From the IMG/VR virus record IMGVR_UViG_3300005805_000138, positions 1-47,058 of that record: a stretch of DNA of 47,058 nt; one strand, written 5' to 3'. How positions within the stretch are numbered: position 1 is the stretch's first letter; each line of letters starts with the position of its first letter. The notes under the pieces were generated by a model. It saw nothing but the letters and a program-made list of their open reading frames with translations. It did no database searches and was not told the origin of the DNA. Position numbers and translations under genes: made by a program. Origin of the DNA: a virus. Its lineage: Duplodnaviria > Caudoviricetes. Shown here piece by piece: positions 1 to 8,791 of this stretch.

Positions 1-267
1 GCTATTACAGCGTATGGTGTTGTTCATGCCACTGGCGCTGATGGTACTAAGGGTGTGAAGCTCCCGGCTGCTGCGGCTGGCAAAGTTGTTGTTATCAAAA
101 ACTCTGACGCGGCTAACGCAGTTCTGAAGGTCTATCCCGCCACCGGCGATAAGATCAACTCAGGAACTGCTACGACCGGTTCGTTGAACATGGCTGCCAA
201 GACCAGTACGGTTTTGGTTGCTATTGATGCGACCGATTGGTTCAGCGTTCCGCTGTTACCGTCGTAA
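1..267 (+). CDS. Virion structural protein, 5'-truncated (head decoration/fibre-like)
   Basis: Frame 1 is open from base 1 (AITAYGVVHATGADGTKGVKLPAAAAG...). The Gly/Ala/Thr/Val-rich beta-type sequence ends in a triple stop TAA TAG TGA (265-273). Confidence 0.6.
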   Translation, partial: AITAYGVVHATGADGTKGVKLPAAAAGKVVVIKNSDAANAVLKVYPATGDKINSGTATTGSLNMAAKTSTVLVAIDATDWFSVPLLPS

Positions 268-276
268 TAGTGATAT

Positions 277-306
277 GGCGGGGGGCGTAAGCCCCCTTGC
301 CTCTTT
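277..306 (+). terminator. Probable intrinsic terminator
   Basis: GGGGGC-GTAA-GCCCCC hairpin (281-296, GNRA loop) with an extended stem, followed by a weak TCTTT tract, directly after the triple stop. Confidence 0.55.
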
Positions 307-317
307 GGAGATTACGA

Positions 318-1169
318 ATGCCTACCAATCTTACCGGCAACACAGTATCTAGCACTTACGATCAACTGTTGCATGTTGATGGTGGCCCGACTGCTACGGA
401 AAAAACCGTTTACGGCGGAACGGGCGTTGCAACTGCGCTGAAGGTAAGCACCGGCGCGGTATCTGTCGATAACATTAAGTTAGACGGTAATACGGTTTCG
501 TCTACTAATACGAATGGCAATATCGTTCTTTCTCCAAATGGAACCGGAACGGTAAGTTTCTCAAAGGCCGCAATTACTGGTGGCACTATTACTGGCGTTG
601 GTCTCTCGGGACTCAGCGCGGATCTTCCGATCGCCGATGGCGGCACTGGTGCATCAACTGCATCTGCTGCAAGAACTAATTTGGGAATTGGCACAAACGG
701 CACATTCGATTCTGCGTATGGACAATTCTACTCTACGCAAGATCAGACTCCTGCTGCCAACACTCCGACAGCCCTGACATTAAACAACTCCTCTGCGTTC
801 AACACGGGAGTATCTGTTGTATCAAATTCGCGTGTAACGTACACAGCAGCTGGCGTTTATTGGATTACCGTTAGCGTACAGTTTAATAACACTGACGCTG
901 CTGACCATGATGCCTACATTTGGTTTCGTAAAAACGGTACGGATATTGCGGATAGCAACTCGGTGACTACCGTCCCCAAAACTGGCGACGGCGGTAGAGC
1001 TCTTTTAGAAGTTTCGATTATGGAATCGTTGACCGCTGGTCAATATATCGAGGCTATTGTCATGGTCGAGAACGCCGGTGTTGACGTTGAGCACACCGCT
1101 GCTTCCGCTGGCCCTCCGGTTGTACCGGGTATTCCGTCAGTGATCTTCGTAACCAAGAGGCTTGGGTAA
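318..1169 (+). CDS. Fibre protein with C-terminal C1q/BclA-like (TNF-fold) head domain
   Basis: ATG at 318 follows GGAG. N-terminus MPTNLTGNTVSSTYDQLLHVDG, a Gly/Thr-rich shaft (DLPIADGGTGAS...ARTNLG), and a C-terminal AYGQFY...AGVYWITVSVQF pattern typical of trimeric jelly-roll heads. Confidence 0.65.
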   Translation: MPTNLTGNTVSSTYDQLLHVDGGPTATEKTVYGGTGVATALKVSTGAVSVDNIKLDGNTVSSTNTNGNIVLSPNGTGTVSFSKAAITGGTITGVGLSGLSADLPIADGGTGASTASAARTNLGIGTNGTFDSAYGQFYSTQDQTPAANTPTALTLNNSSAFNTGVSVVSNSRVTYTAAGVYWITVSVQFNNTDAADHDAYIWFRKNGTDIADSNSVTTVPKTGDGGRALLEVSIMESLTAGQYIEAIVMVENAGVDVEHTAASAGPPVVPGIPSVIFVTKRLG

Positions 1170-1429
1170 TGGCTAAGTCACCAGCATGGCAACGTAAAGA
1201 AGGCAAAGATCCAAAAGGCGGACTTAACGCCAAAGGTCGTGCTTCCTATAACCGCGCTAATCCCGGCAAGCCGGGACTCAAACCTCCCGCGCCGAATCCA
1301 AAAAATGCGAAGGACGCTGGTCGACGTAAGTCGTTCTGTGCCCGAATGTCCGGAATGCCCGGTCCGATGAAAGACGAAAAGGGGCGACCGACGCGAAAAG
1401 CGTTGTCGTTGAAAGCATGGAATTGCTGA
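1169..1429 (+). CDS. Small basic conserved phage protein (DUF6321-like)
   Basis: KSPAWQRKEGK..GGLNAKGRASY...RRKSFCARM motif, very K/R-rich, TAATG coupling to the upstream gene. Confidence 0.75.
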   Translation: MAKSPAWQRKEGKDPKGGLNAKGRASYNRANPGKPGLKPPAPNPKNAKDAGRRKSFCARMSGMPGPMKDEKGRPTRKALSLKAWNC

Positions 1430-1821
1430 CCTGCACACGATGCGACATAGGAAAGCCAGCCACGCTGGAGTATTTCCCACCGCATAACAAAAAGCGGAAT
1501 GGGTTTGACAGTTGGTGTCGCAGCTGTCGCGCTACGTACAGAAACGGTATCAATCGAGGAAAATTTAGAAGTGTAATTTCAGATTCTGCATTGTTAGAAC
1601 TGAAGGCTTCTACTAAAGAATGTGTAATTTGCGGTGATACTGGCCCGCTTGTAGTAGACCATGACCATGCAAGTGGGGAGGTACGTGGATTGTTGTGTAA
1701 TCACTGCAACCGTGGACTAGGACATTTCCGAGATAACCCGGAACTGTTAGAGTTTGCACGTATGTATCTTCTTGCGTCTAAAGATTCCCCAGAGTGGGAT
1801 AAATACGCAGAGGTAGCCTGA
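1417..1821 (+). CDS. Endonuclease VII-family (His-Me finger) nuclease, likely a free-standing homing endonuclease
   Basis: CVIC...VVDHDH..GEVRGLLCNHCNRGLG motif plus an N-terminal CxxC...CxxC zinc module. Confidence 0.85.
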   Translation: MELLTCTRCDIGKPATLEYFPPHNKKRNGFDSWCRSCRATYRNGINRGKFRSVISDSALLELKASTKECVICGDTGPLVVDHDHASGEVRGLLCNHCNRGLGHFRDNPELLEFARMYLLASKDSPEWDKYAEVA

Positions 1822-1822
1822 T

Positions 1823-1996
1823 ATGGCTAAGTCAGTACCGAACAACAAGGCTTTGTGGTCGAAAGTTAAGTCTGCGGCCCGAAGTAAGTTTGATGTTTAT
1901 CCCAGCGCATACGCTAATGCGTGGGCAGCGAAAGAGTACAAGAAGCGAGGGGGCAGTTGGTCTGGAGCGGATAACCGGGTGAAGCGTGGCAAGTAA
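1823..1996 (+). CDS. Small basic conserved phage protein (57 aa, absent from ORF track)
   Basis: Hand-translated: MAKSVPNNKALWSKVKSAARSKFDVYPSAYANAWAAKEYKKRGGSW...; GAGG RBS upstream; YPSAYA/YKKRGG motif; fills the gap between neighbours. Confidence 0.8.
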   Translation: MAKSVPNNKALWSKVKSAARSKFDVYPSAYANAWAAKEYKKRGGSWSGADNRVKRGK

Positions 1997-2219
1997 GGGC
2001 GGACTCGGTAAATGGTTTGGCGAGAAGTGGGTCGATATTAAGACTGGTAAACCGTGCGGGCGTTCTGGTTCTGAGAAGTCCAAGCGTAGTTATCCAGCGT
2101 GTCGGCCAGCCAAAGCCGCGAGCAGAATGACGACCGCAGAGAAGCGGTCGATGGCTAGTAGAAAGACCAGTCCGGCAAGGCAGTCTTGGCCGGTGTCTCC
2201 GTCAGGGAAGCGAAAATAA
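1986..2219 (+). CDS. Small basic conserved phage protein (DUF5872-like)
   Basis: GLGKWFGEKWVDIKTGKPCGR...YPACRP motif. Confidence 0.7.
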   Translation: MASKGGLGKWFGEKWVDIKTGKPCGRSGSEKSKRSYPACRPAKAASRMTTAEKRSMASRKTSPARQSWPVSPSGKRK

Positions 2220-2392
2220 TGGCGATGACCAAACAGCAAAAGAAGATTTCCAAGGTGATGCGGGAATACAAGTCCGGCACTCTTCACGCTGGACGTGATC
2301 CCAAAGGGCCTAAGCGGGCGCCCCTCGTAAAGAACCGCAAGCAAGCCATAGCTATCGCACTGAGCGAAGCAGGCGTAAAGAGGAAGAAGTAA
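2219..2392 (+). CDS. Small basic protein (DUF6496-like)
   Basis: Starts at a TAATG overlap; KVMREYKSGTLH...KNRKQAIAIALSEA motif. Confidence 0.75.
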   Translation: MAMTKQQKKISKVMREYKSGTLHAGRDPKGPKRAPLVKNRKQAIAIALSEAGVKRKK

Positions 2393-2393
2393 C

Positions 2394-2504
2394 ATGAAAA
2401 TGAAAAGCAAACAAAGTAAGCCCATGCACCGTATGCCGGATGGCTCGATGATGCCGGGTAAGAAGCATATGACCAAGAAAGCCATGCCGAAAAGGAAGAA
2501 GTAA
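2394..2504 (+). CDS. Lys/Met-rich micropeptide (36 aa, absent from ORF track)
   Basis: Hand-translated: MKMKSKQSKPMHRMPDGSMMPGKKHMTKKAMPKRKK; fits exactly between neighbouring genes; HRMPDG motif. Confidence 0.6.
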   Translation: MKMKSKQSKPMHRMPDGSMMPGKKHMTKKAMPKRKK

Positions 2505-2506
2505 TC

Positions 2507-2689
2507 ATGGCTGAGAAGTGGATTCAGAAGGCAATTAAGAAGCCGGGCGCTCTGCGTCAGGCAATGGGCGTTAAGAAAGGCGAGAACATTCCTGCCGGTA
2601 AGTTGGCTAAAGCTGCCAAGGCTCCGGGTAAGATGGGTCAGCGCGCTCGTTTGGCTATGACTCTGAAGAAGATGAACAAGGGTAAGTAA
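2507..2689 (+). CDS. Small basic conserved phage protein
   Basis: KWIQKAIKKPGAL...GQRARLA motif; K-rich. Confidence 0.75.
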   Translation: MAEKWIQKAIKKPGALRQAMGVKKGENIPAGKLAKAAKAPGKMGQRARLAMTLKKMNKGK

Positions 2690-2690
2690 G

Positions 2691-2948
2691 ATGCCCCGAT
2701 ATCTTCGCCATCGCCTTGACGGTTGGATCTACGAATGGGACGCAATCTTAGCGGCTAATCCTGTATGCGAGGAGGTCAGCGAGGAGGAGGCGTACCCTGA
2801 GCGTTTTGTGAAACCGGAAGTTGTTGAGAAGGCCAAGCGGGGTCGCAAGCGTAAAGGAACCCTTGACTTATCAACAGATGACATTCCGGAAGAGCCTACG
2901 TATACTCCGCCTGAGTTGGCGGCTGACGCATCGAGGCGCTTACCGTAA
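2691..2948 (+). CDS. Hypothetical protein
   Basis: Fits the operon tightly, with TAATG coupling to the next gene. Confidence 0.65.
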   Translation: MPRYLRHRLDGWIYEWDAILAANPVCEEVSEEEAYPERFVKPEVVEKAKRGRKRKGTLDLSTDDIPEEPTYTPPELAADASRRLP

Positions 2949-3592
2949 TGACTCCACAGGACGTAATCACGGAAGTTCGTAGGCTGATTCAAGATGAGTC
3001 GGCCCCGTTGCGTTATAGCGACACCGTGCTGCTTGGGTTCGTCAACCAGACTCTCAAGCGGATGGCTATCCTGCGTCCTGACCTTTTCTCGCTTATTACT
3101 AATATCCCGACTACTGCTAATTCGGTAGTGCAGAATTGTCCGTCTGATTCAGTAAGACTGGTAGAGATATTTCAAGTTGTTGGTGGTAATGCTATCACAG
3201 AAGTTTCGCGGGATACTCTAGACCAGTCTACTCCGAGTTGGGTAGCCGAGGCTGCTGGTACACCGGTGAACTACGTCCGGCATGTCAGAAACCCTAATCG
3301 GTTTTTCCTATACCCGGCTCCGACCACCGGCACGCAACTGGTTGCAGAATACATTCAGTCGCCTCCTGCCTATACACTTGGGCAGACGGTTGCACTGCTA
3401 CCGGACTCGTACCTGTCGACCGTTGTGGATGGCACGGTTTATCTGGCTGAGTCGGTCGATAACGAGCATGTCAACTCTGGACGTGCGAAATTGTTTTTCG
3501 ATTCGTTTACGCAGAGTCTCGGGGTGGGGCTACAGTCCCGCGCTATTACGGATACTGAAGAAGGCGGACTTGATCCGAGGCAGGTGGTCTAA
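2948..3592 (+). CDS. Head-tail adaptor-like protein (DUF6682-like)
   Basis: VITEVRRLIQD...RYSD..LLGFVNQ...LRPD N-terminus and FFLYPAP motif typical of podophage adaptors; position before the tail genes. Confidence 0.65.
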   Translation: MTPQDVITEVRRLIQDESAPLRYSDTVLLGFVNQTLKRMAILRPDLFSLITNIPTTANSVVQNCPSDSVRLVEIFQVVGGNAITEVSRDTLDQSTPSWVAEAAGTPVNYVRHVRNPNRFFLYPAPTTGTQLVAEYIQSPPAYTLGQTVALLPDSYLSTVVDGTVYLAESVDNEHVNSGRAKLFFDSFTQSLGVGLQSRAITDTEEGGLDPRQVV

Positions 3593-4365
3593 TGGCCGAC
3601 CGTACATACGCATCGCTAGTGCCGAAGATCAGCCCGAGTGTTCCGGGTTGTCCGCAACCCACCATGATTCAGTACATTCGGGATGCGGCTATTCGCGCGT
3701 GCGAGCGCAGTCTGGCTTGGCGTTGGGTGCAGCCCACATATAACTTGACGCCGGGCGTGTATGAATACTTGTATAATAAGCCTACTAATACTGACGTGCA
3801 TGTTGTCTTCGACGCTATCGTAAATGATGCGCCGTTGCAGAAACTGACGTTGGAACAGGCGTTATACCAGTTTCCATACTGGGCTGACCTCTACAGCGGG
3901 GTTGATCCAAACGTTGTGTGGTTGAGTTCGCAGTCGAATTCGTTCAATTCTAACCAATACAACAACTCTCAGTACAACGGGAATGGGAGCAGTGTACTTC
4001 CAGATTCAGCCGTTGCTGAGGCTACTGATCCTCGAGCAATCTGTCAGTTGACACCGGATAAGTACATTATTTTACCGTTGCCGGATCAAGCCAAGGCGTA
4101 CACGATGCGTATGTTCTACGCATTAAAGCCGAAGCGTAATTCAACTGGTATGGATGAGATCATCTTCGATGAACTCGAGGATGTGATTACGCACAACGCG
4201 TTGCAGCATCTGCTTGTGCTGCCTAACACTAATTGGTCTGATCGTGAGCTAGCTGCGTATCACGCAAAGCAGTTTATCTTTCAACTTTCCGAACGCCGTG
4301 CCCGAGCTAACCTCGGTAATATGCGCGGTGTAATGACCGCGCAAATGCAGCGGTTTGGAGTTTGA
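3592..4365 (+). CDS. Second adaptor/tail-ring protein
   Basis: VPGCP....QYIRDAAIRACERSLAW motif and LPLPD...LKP; coupled to the previous adaptor. Confidence 0.6.
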   Translation: MADRTYASLVPKISPSVPGCPQPTMIQYIRDAAIRACERSLAWRWVQPTYNLTPGVYEYLYNKPTNTDVHVVFDAIVNDAPLQKLTLEQALYQFPYWADLYSGVDPNVVWLSSQSNSFNSNQYNNSQYNGNGSSVLPDSAVAEATDPRAICQLTPDKYIILPLPDQAKAYTMRMFYALKPKRNSTGMDEIIFDELEDVITHNALQHLLVLPNTNWSDRELAAYHAKQFIFQLSERRARANLGNMRGVMTAQMQRFGV

Positions 4366-4367
4366 TT

Positions 4368-6590
4368 ATGAGTGTTCTTCTTAAGAATAACGCGTTTGCT
4401 ACTACAGTTATAGCTGCTAGTTCTAGCGATACAGCTTTGGTACTAAAAGCCGGAACTGGCGCTAACTTCCCGACGATAACGGGAGGAGACTATTTCTATT
4501 TAACCGTAGCCAATGGTAGTAGTGCGCCTGAGATTGTTAAGTGTACTGCTAAGAGCGGAGACATTCTGACTGTTGTCCGTGCTCAAGAGGGAACGGCGGC
4601 TCAAGCGATCCCCGCTGGTAGTATTGTAGAACTGCGCGTAACTGCGCAGTCGGTTATCGACGCAATTAACGATCGGGTGCCTGCAGAAAATTTCTTAAAT
4701 GTTAAGGCATACGGCGCGGTAGGCGATGGAGTGACTGACGACACAGCTGCTATTCAAGCGGCTATTAACGCGGGCGCTACGCTTGGACGTACTGTTTACT
4801 TCCCCGCTGGCACCTACCGTATCGTCCCGGCGACGTTGAAGGACTGGGAGGGTACTCCACTTGGCGAAGGCCCTATGACGGTGGCTTTCGTCATTCCATC
4901 AAATATGTGTCTCTACGGAGACGTCGGTGCAGTTCTCAAGCTTGCCGATAATGTCTCGACGCTGGCTGCTCCGAAGCGGGTGGCGATGTTCTTCTCGAAT
5001 GTGCCTGTCTCGAATATCCGTTTCTACGGATTGACTATGGACATGAACGGGTTGAACAACCGCATTGCTCCAACCGCGCCTGTGTTTACTTTGTATCGGT
5101 ATAACCAAGCGCACATCCACATTACCGGAACGATCGGCGGTGTGGCTGCTCGAGCAGATGATGTGCATATTGATTCCTGTAAGTTCCTCAATACGGCAGG
5201 AAAGTCTTGCATTGTTACCCAGCAAACAAATACGGTCGGACTGACTCTCTCTAAAAACTGGGTTATTAAGAACTGCTTGTTCAAAAACAACGGTATCGAC
5301 ACCGATGACCACAGCAGTATCTACGCTTGGGCTGACAATGTTATTTGCGAAAATAACATTTTTACCGCAGACACGATGTTTCCAAACGGAATTTCTGGCA
5401 ACAGCGGAACTCTCGTTGCTTATGAGGTACACGGTGCTAATCAGCGCTTTACCAACAACCTTGTAAGCAATTACTGGCAAGGCATGTGGGTTGCGTCAAA
5501 TACCACGTCACAAGCCGCCAACATCATTATTTCCAATAACACGTTCTCTCCGGTCAAGTGGTATGCGATTGACTTCTTCCGCAGCAGCGCAGTTGAAACA
5601 GAGATTAACCGTGTGTTGATTGAAGGTAATACGGTTCTGATAGACGACACCACAACGACCGGCACGTTGCCGACATTCAAGGCTGCTTTCCAGATCGCAT
5701 CGTTCTATCGCATCCAGAACGTGCAGATCAGCAACAACCTTTGCTCAAAGTCTGGCGCAACGATTCCGTCTGTTGGAATCTTGATCACGCCGCAAGGCAA
5801 TGCCAGCAACGAGCATCGCAACATCACAATCCGCGATAACGCAATCACAGGCTTTGGTTCCGGTGTTGCAACGTTTATCAACTCGACGAACGGCATGGGT
5901 CCGCTGGAGATTAGCAACAACTACATCCGTAACTGCTCGGATGCGCCGGGGTATACGACCCCGCAAGGCGTATCTATTGGCCTCAGTGGCGTAGCTCCGT
6001 TGGCAACTGCCTACGAAGCGCTGTTCATTTCCAACAACACGTTTATCGACGACCGTTTGTCTAAGCAAATGGACTTCGGTATTCGCATTGACCAAGTAAC
6101 GGTGACTAACCTCAACGTCCAGCGCCAGAAGTATTTGGGCATGGTCACGGGCAACTATGCCGAAGCCTCGACGACTGTGACCAACCGCTTTGGGTACTAC
6201 GAGTACATCACGTTTACCCCGGTTTGGAAGGCGGGCGGCGTAGCGATCACGCTCGGTAACGGCGCGCGCAATGCGTCTTACACGGTTGATGAAAAGCAAG
6301 TCACTATCAATGCCACGCTAACGGTCGGGTCTACCACATCGTTTGGTGCGGGCATCATTACGCTGGACTTGCCGTTTACGACCAATGCCAATCCGATGGG
6401 TTACATTGGCAACTGGCGCATCTTTGACGACAACACTTCGACCTACTACTTTGGCGGCGCCGTTTCGGTTAACAACGACACGGGTGTTGGCTTGCAGTTA
6501 AATAACGGCAGCAACGTAACCGACACGTCGCCAATTACGTTTGCCGCAGGCGATACAATCTTCTTGCAACTGACGTACACCCGAGCCTAA
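4368..6590 (+). CDS. Tailspike 1: N-terminal anchor domain, right-handed beta-helix (pectate lyase-like) and C-terminal beta-sandwich
   Basis: NVKAYGAVGDGVTDDTAAIQAAI...VYFPAGTY motif followed by Asn-ladder repeats (ISNN, IEGN, IRDN). Confidence 0.85.
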   Translation: MSVLLKNNAFATTVIAASSSDTALVLKAGTGANFPTITGGDYFYLTVANGSSAPEIVKCTAKSGDILTVVRAQEGTAAQAIPAGSIVELRVTAQSVIDAINDRVPAENFLNVKAYGAVGDGVTDDTAAIQAAINAGATLGRTVYFPAGTYRIVPATLKDWEGTPLGEGPMTVAFVIPSNMCLYGDVGAVLKLADNVSTLAAPKRVAMFFSNVPVSNIRFYGLTMDMNGLNNRIAPTAPVFTLYRYNQAHIHITGTIGGVAARADDVHIDSCKFLNTAGKSCIVTQQTNTVGLTLSKNWVIKNCLFKNNGIDTDDHSSIYAWADNVICENNIFTADTMFPNGISGNSGTLVAYEVHGANQRFTNNLVSNYWQGMWVASNTTSQAANIIISNNTFSPVKWYAIDFFRSSAVETEINRVLIEGNTVLIDDTTTTGTLPTFKAAFQIASFYRIQNVQISNNLCSKSGATIPSVGILITPQGNASNEHRNITIRDNAITGFGSGVATFINSTNGMGPLEISNNYIRNCSDAPGYTTPQGVSIGLSGVAPLATAYEALFISNNTFIDDRLSKQMDFGIRIDQVTVTNLNVQRQKYLGMVTGNYAEASTTVTNRFGYYEYITFTPVWKAGGVAITLGNGARNASYTVDEKQVTINATLTVGSTTSFGAGIITLDLPFTTNANPMGYIGNWRIFDDNTSTYYFGGAVSVNNDTGVGLQLNNGSNVTDTSPITFAAGDTIFLQLTYTRA

Positions 6591-6601
6591 TAGGAAAACA
6601 T

Positions 6602-8275
6602 ATGGGCGTAGTATTAAAAAATAATGCCGTAGGTTATCTGCAGTCAGCAATTACTGCTTCGGATACTGGCATCGTATTGACAGTTGGCACTGGGGCTAAC
6701 TTCCCTAGTCTTGCCGCTGGTGAATATTTTTACGCGACGATATCTATAGGTAGTGTTCCTGTTGAGATTGTTAAAGTAACTGCACGTTCGGGCGATACCC
6801 TTACGGTTGTTCGCGGGCAAGAAGGAACATCTGCCTCAAACTTTTCTGCTGGTAGTGCAGTTGAGCTTCGGGTTACTGCGCAGTCAATTGTTGATTCCGT
6901 TGCCCAACTTCCAAAAGACGCTTCTACAGTTTCATATGTACCTAGCGGAACTGGAGCAGTTACTACTAACGTACAGGCAAAACTTCGACAGTTAGTAAGT
7001 GTAAAAGACTTTGGCGCAGTAGGTAACGGCGTTGCTAATGACACGGTGGCAATTCAAGCGGCGATTGATGCTGTTTACAATGCGGGCGGAGGAACCTTGT
7101 TCTTTCCGTCAGGTACTTACTTGGTGACGAGCGTAGTTCGCAACTGGGCAAATCCGATTACCGTCAACTTGCAGGGTGAAGGCAAACGATCGACGGTTAT
7201 CAAAAAGTTTGACGCTTCGACAACGCCATTATTTGATTTATCCGGCATTGCGTCCATGTTGGAGCCGTACAGCGAAATCTCCGAGATGACGCTTAATGCA
7301 AACAACGTCGGAGCTAACGGTATTCGCGCAACCAACTTTGGCCGCTGGGTGTTGCGTAATGTTTTCATCACCGGATGTAATCGTGGTCTCTATTGCCGTG
7401 GCGGTCTAGTGTTTGATGTGTATGACTGTACATTTCAAGCAAACCAATATGGTTATTATTGCGAGAAATCAGCCAATAACGTGTTTAGCAATCTGGTGTC
7501 TTTCTACGGCGGCCAGTTCAGCGGTAACACAACTTGGGGCTTATATATTACGCAAGCCTCCGGTGTGCATATCGTCGGCACCGACATCAGCTTCAACGGC
7601 ACCTCTGGCGACGTCAACACGGGCGGCATCTACTACGATGCTACGATGGACGACGAGATTGGCTATGCCATCGCGTCTATCAAGAACGCTTGGTTTGAGG
7701 GCAACTTTGGCAACGGTATCAAAACTGGCGCTGTTGGCGGCTTGCACTTCTCGATGCGCGACACGACGTTGGCCGGTAACTTTAATCCGGTAACGATTGG
7801 CGCGATTGCCATGAGCGAGATTATCAACTGCTTTGCCGGTTCGACTACAGACACGATTGTGGTCGGCGCGGGTCGCAGCATTATTGAAAACTGCATCTTT
7901 TACGCGCTTAACGATAACAGTACCTACTACCACCACCTCAACGTGGTCGGGAACGCCTACAACCATATCAATCAGACCAATGCTCGGCGTGATGTGATCT
8001 GCGGAACAGAGCGGTTCGTACAAGGCTCTGCCGCTGACTTGACTGCTGGCACACCAGAGGACTTTGTAAACTTCCTGTTCGGTACTGGCCAGCAGCAGTT
8101 CTGGTGCCAGAACGTTAAGAACTTGAGCCTTGGCCCTGCGGCAATCGGTTTCTATGGCACCTCGCCACAGACCAAGCAGACAATTACGGGGTCACGCGGT
8201 GGTAACGCTGCGCTTGCTTCTTTGCTTACTGGATTGGCGGCGCTTGGTCTAATTACCGATTCAACGACTGCATAA
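6602..8275 (+). CDS. Tailspike 2: same anchor domain plus beta-helix depolymerase-like body
   Basis: N-terminal ~100 aa are paralogous to tailspike 1; GTGAVTTNVQAKLRQLVSVKDFGAVGNG neck motif; C-terminal GSRGGNAALASLL..L..LGLI module. Confidence 0.85.
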   Translation: MGVVLKNNAVGYLQSAITASDTGIVLTVGTGANFPSLAAGEYFYATISIGSVPVEIVKVTARSGDTLTVVRGQEGTSASNFSAGSAVELRVTAQSIVDSVAQLPKDASTVSYVPSGTGAVTTNVQAKLRQLVSVKDFGAVGNGVANDTVAIQAAIDAVYNAGGGTLFFPSGTYLVTSVVRNWANPITVNLQGEGKRSTVIKKFDASTTPLFDLSGIASMLEPYSEISEMTLNANNVGANGIRATNFGRWVLRNVFITGCNRGLYCRGGLVFDVYDCTFQANQYGYYCEKSANNVFSNLVSFYGGQFSGNTTWGLYITQASGVHIVGTDISFNGTSGDVNTGGIYYDATMDDEIGYAIASIKNAWFEGNFGNGIKTGAVGGLHFSMRDTTLAGNFNPVTIGAIAMSEIINCFAGSTTDTIVVGAGRSIIENCIFYALNDNSTYYHHLNVVGNAYNHINQTNARRDVICGTERFVQGSAADLTAGTPEDFVNFLFGTGQQQFWCQNVKNLSLGPAAIGFYGTSPQTKQTITGSRGGNAALASLLTGLAALGLITDSTTA

Positions 8276-8295
8276 AGAATGTGAGGTTATAAATT

Positions 8296-8649
8296 ATGGC
8301 TACTGTGTCTCCTGAATTTTCACCGGTCTACGCTCAAGGGCAGACCATCATGCGAACTGTCTGGGCAGATTTAGCGACTGGAGATACGGTCGTTCAATTA
8401 GGCATCCCCGGACAAGCTGCCGTAGCTGGCGCTGTACAGTTTACTGGCACGTTTGGTGGTGCTACTGTTAAACTGCAAGTATCGAATGACAACTCTACGT
8501 ACTTCGATATGAAAGACCTACTTGGAAATGTTATCACCGCAACGGCAGCCGGGTATTTTGAGTTTACTACGGCTGGTGTATACCTCCGTCCCGCTATTAG
8601 CGGTGGAACTGGAGATGCGGTTGATGTAACTATAAGTTTGCGCGGATAG
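8296..8649 (+). CDS. Small virion beta-sandwich protein
   Basis: GAGG RBS; QFTGTFGGATVKLQVSND motif seen in small phage structural proteins. Confidence 0.6.
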   Translation: MATVSPEFSPVYAQGQTIMRTVWADLATGDTVVQLGIPGQAAVAGAVQFTGTFGGATVKLQVSNDNSTYFDMKDLLGNVITATAAGYFEFTTAGVYLRPAISGGTGDAVDVTISLRG

Positions 8650-8653
8650 CTAA

Positions 8654-8785
8654 ATGCGTAATTTAGTTGTATTTTTGCGACGGCGGCTACAGGCAGGTAC
8701 TCCCGATAGTCGTGCAGAAAATATCGAGTTAGAGAATGGATTTAACATTTTATTAGAGAACGGTTCGTTTCTCTTACTGGAGTAA
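8654..8785 (+). CDS. 43-aa micropeptide ending in three 8-residue xxLE repeats (absent from ORF track)
   Basis: Hand-translated: MRNLVVFLRRRLQAGTPDSRAENIELENGFNILLENGSFLLLE; fills the gap exactly, and its 3' end provides the GGAG RBS for the next gene. Confidence 0.7.
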   Translation: MRNLVVFLRRRLQAGTPDSRAENIELENGFNILLENGSFLLLE

Positions 8786-8791
8786 TTCCAC

